Of a stretch of 64,000 nucleotides of DNA, positions 62,883 through 64,000 are shown piece by piece; position 1 is the first letter of the stretch, and every line of letters begins with the position of its first letter. The stretch spans positions 1-64,000 of the forward strand of contig NW_019029012.1 of the NCBI RefSeq assembly GCF_002105155.1, read 5' to 3'. The notes under the pieces are model-generated. The model was not told the DNA's origin. It made no database searches and saw only the letters and a list, made by a program, of their open reading frames with translations. The position numbers and the translations under genes are program-made. Origin of the DNA: Lobosporangium transversale (lineage: Eukaryota).

Positions 62883-63685
62883 TCAAAGACGAGGAGTCCC
62901 TTGCTGAGCTCTTCGTTGCTTTTCAAGATCAGCTTGTAATTGCACCATTTCCTTATACCACATCCTGCCGGATTCGTATTTCAGTTTCCTAAACCTAGAC
63001 TTGAGTATACCACCGATGACGTGCAAATGAAGATGATCGATCGAGTTGAACGGAGGAACATGAAAGCCTAGTCTGGAATATGAAAACGAGGGTTTATCAT
63101 CGTTCCAGTTTCAAGTTAATTAGTATTCCCTTTCTTCATCTCATACCTGTCTTTTATTAGTCATGCAAATGTCACCCAAAAAAAAAAAAAAAAAAAAAAA
63201 AGAATGTAAAAACGAAAGAGAAAGAATGAAGCAAAAAAAAAAAAAAAAGAACTCACTTTGATGTTTCGGGATCATGACCACGTTCTCGAAGGAGCTCAAT
63301 ACCCTTTTGCTTCATCTTTTCAAGCAGATCAGCATGCTCAACGGTTACGGTCTTGATGTTATCAATGTGAACCACAGGTACAATCAAGATATGGGTATCA
63401 GCGGCTGGGTTAATATCATTGAACGCAGCAATATCGTCATCCTAAATAGATCAAAGAACAGACGCGTCAGTTTGTTAGTTTGTTAGTTTGCTAGTTTGTT
63501 AATTAGTGGTCACAGGACACAGAATAGGAATGTGCAATGCCAGTTCATGTATTTTTTATATTTATTAATGTGAACCTCTTCCTCCTCCTAAAACATGCCT
63601 TATAGATGAGTTTGTTCGGAATCTTGCCCTCCACAATCTCACAAAAGATGCATGGACGACAAAGAATCTTTTCGAGAAGCGTCAT
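62883..63685 (-). CDS. HIT-family nucleotide hydrolase (HINT3-like); exons 63685-63599, 63441-63257, 63072-62883
   Basis: CIFCEI...YK|DDDIAAFNDINPAADTHILIVPVVHI...LGFHVPPFNSIDHLHLHVIG (histidine triad). Not captured by the ORF track. Confidence 0.9.
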
Positions 63686-63873
63686 TGTGGGGGACTATTT
63701 AATAAATAGAATAAAATAAAATAAACCTATGCGCTATGAATGACACACACTACACAACAAGAAATAAGTCTTCACTTTCACTGTTCGTTGTTGCTGTTGC
63801 TGTTACTGGAACTGAAGAAAGAGCGGATTGAGAGGGAGAGAATAGTAGAGAATAGTAGAGCAAGATGTAGGTG

Positions 63874-63968
63874 GGCTCGTCGCCAGGACGAAGTTCATGT
63901 GCACATGCACATGCTGAAAGGCAAATGTGGCTTACTCTTGCAGACACTTCTCTCAGGCTACAAAACTT
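63874..63968 (+). repeat. Dispersed ~100-bp repeat, copy 2 (copy 1 at about 50868-50972)
   Basis: Near-identical to 50868-50972 with small indels. Confidence 0.85.
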
Positions 63969-64000
63969 AGTTTCACTCCTTCACTAAGCTTAGAAAACCG

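Overview
Eukaryotic, intron-rich, AT-rich fungal DNA with many long poly(A)/poly(T) tracts. The gene families present suggest an early-diverging fungus, most likely Mortierellaceae (inference). Conserved genes: GPI-specific phospholipase D, CENP-P-like kinetochore protein, GINS Psf3, tRNA-Ala(CGC), DHA2-type MFS transporter, vacuolar-type subtilisin, HMG-box factor, RPL35, eIF1/SUI1, CstF64/RNA15, PRP19, HSL-family esterase, EI24-like protein, O-fucosyltransferase-like protein and a HINT3-like HIT protein. The main accessory feature is an apparently complete, young DIRS1-type tyrosine-recombinase retrotransposon (22350-26661, minus strand). It has inverted terminal repeats, a perfect internal complementary region, gag, RT-RNase H-adenine-methyltransferase and YR ORFs, and a YR frame broken by only one TGA over about 3.7 kb. 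There are also four small DNA-transposon-type foldback elements, a decayed tandem array that keeps an identical 18-bp motif, and an accessory island with a Crinkler-like P-loop/nuclease pseudogene beside a 13-repeat RI-like LRR gene. Exon boundaries were read by eye and family calls come from recalled motifs; no database search was run.
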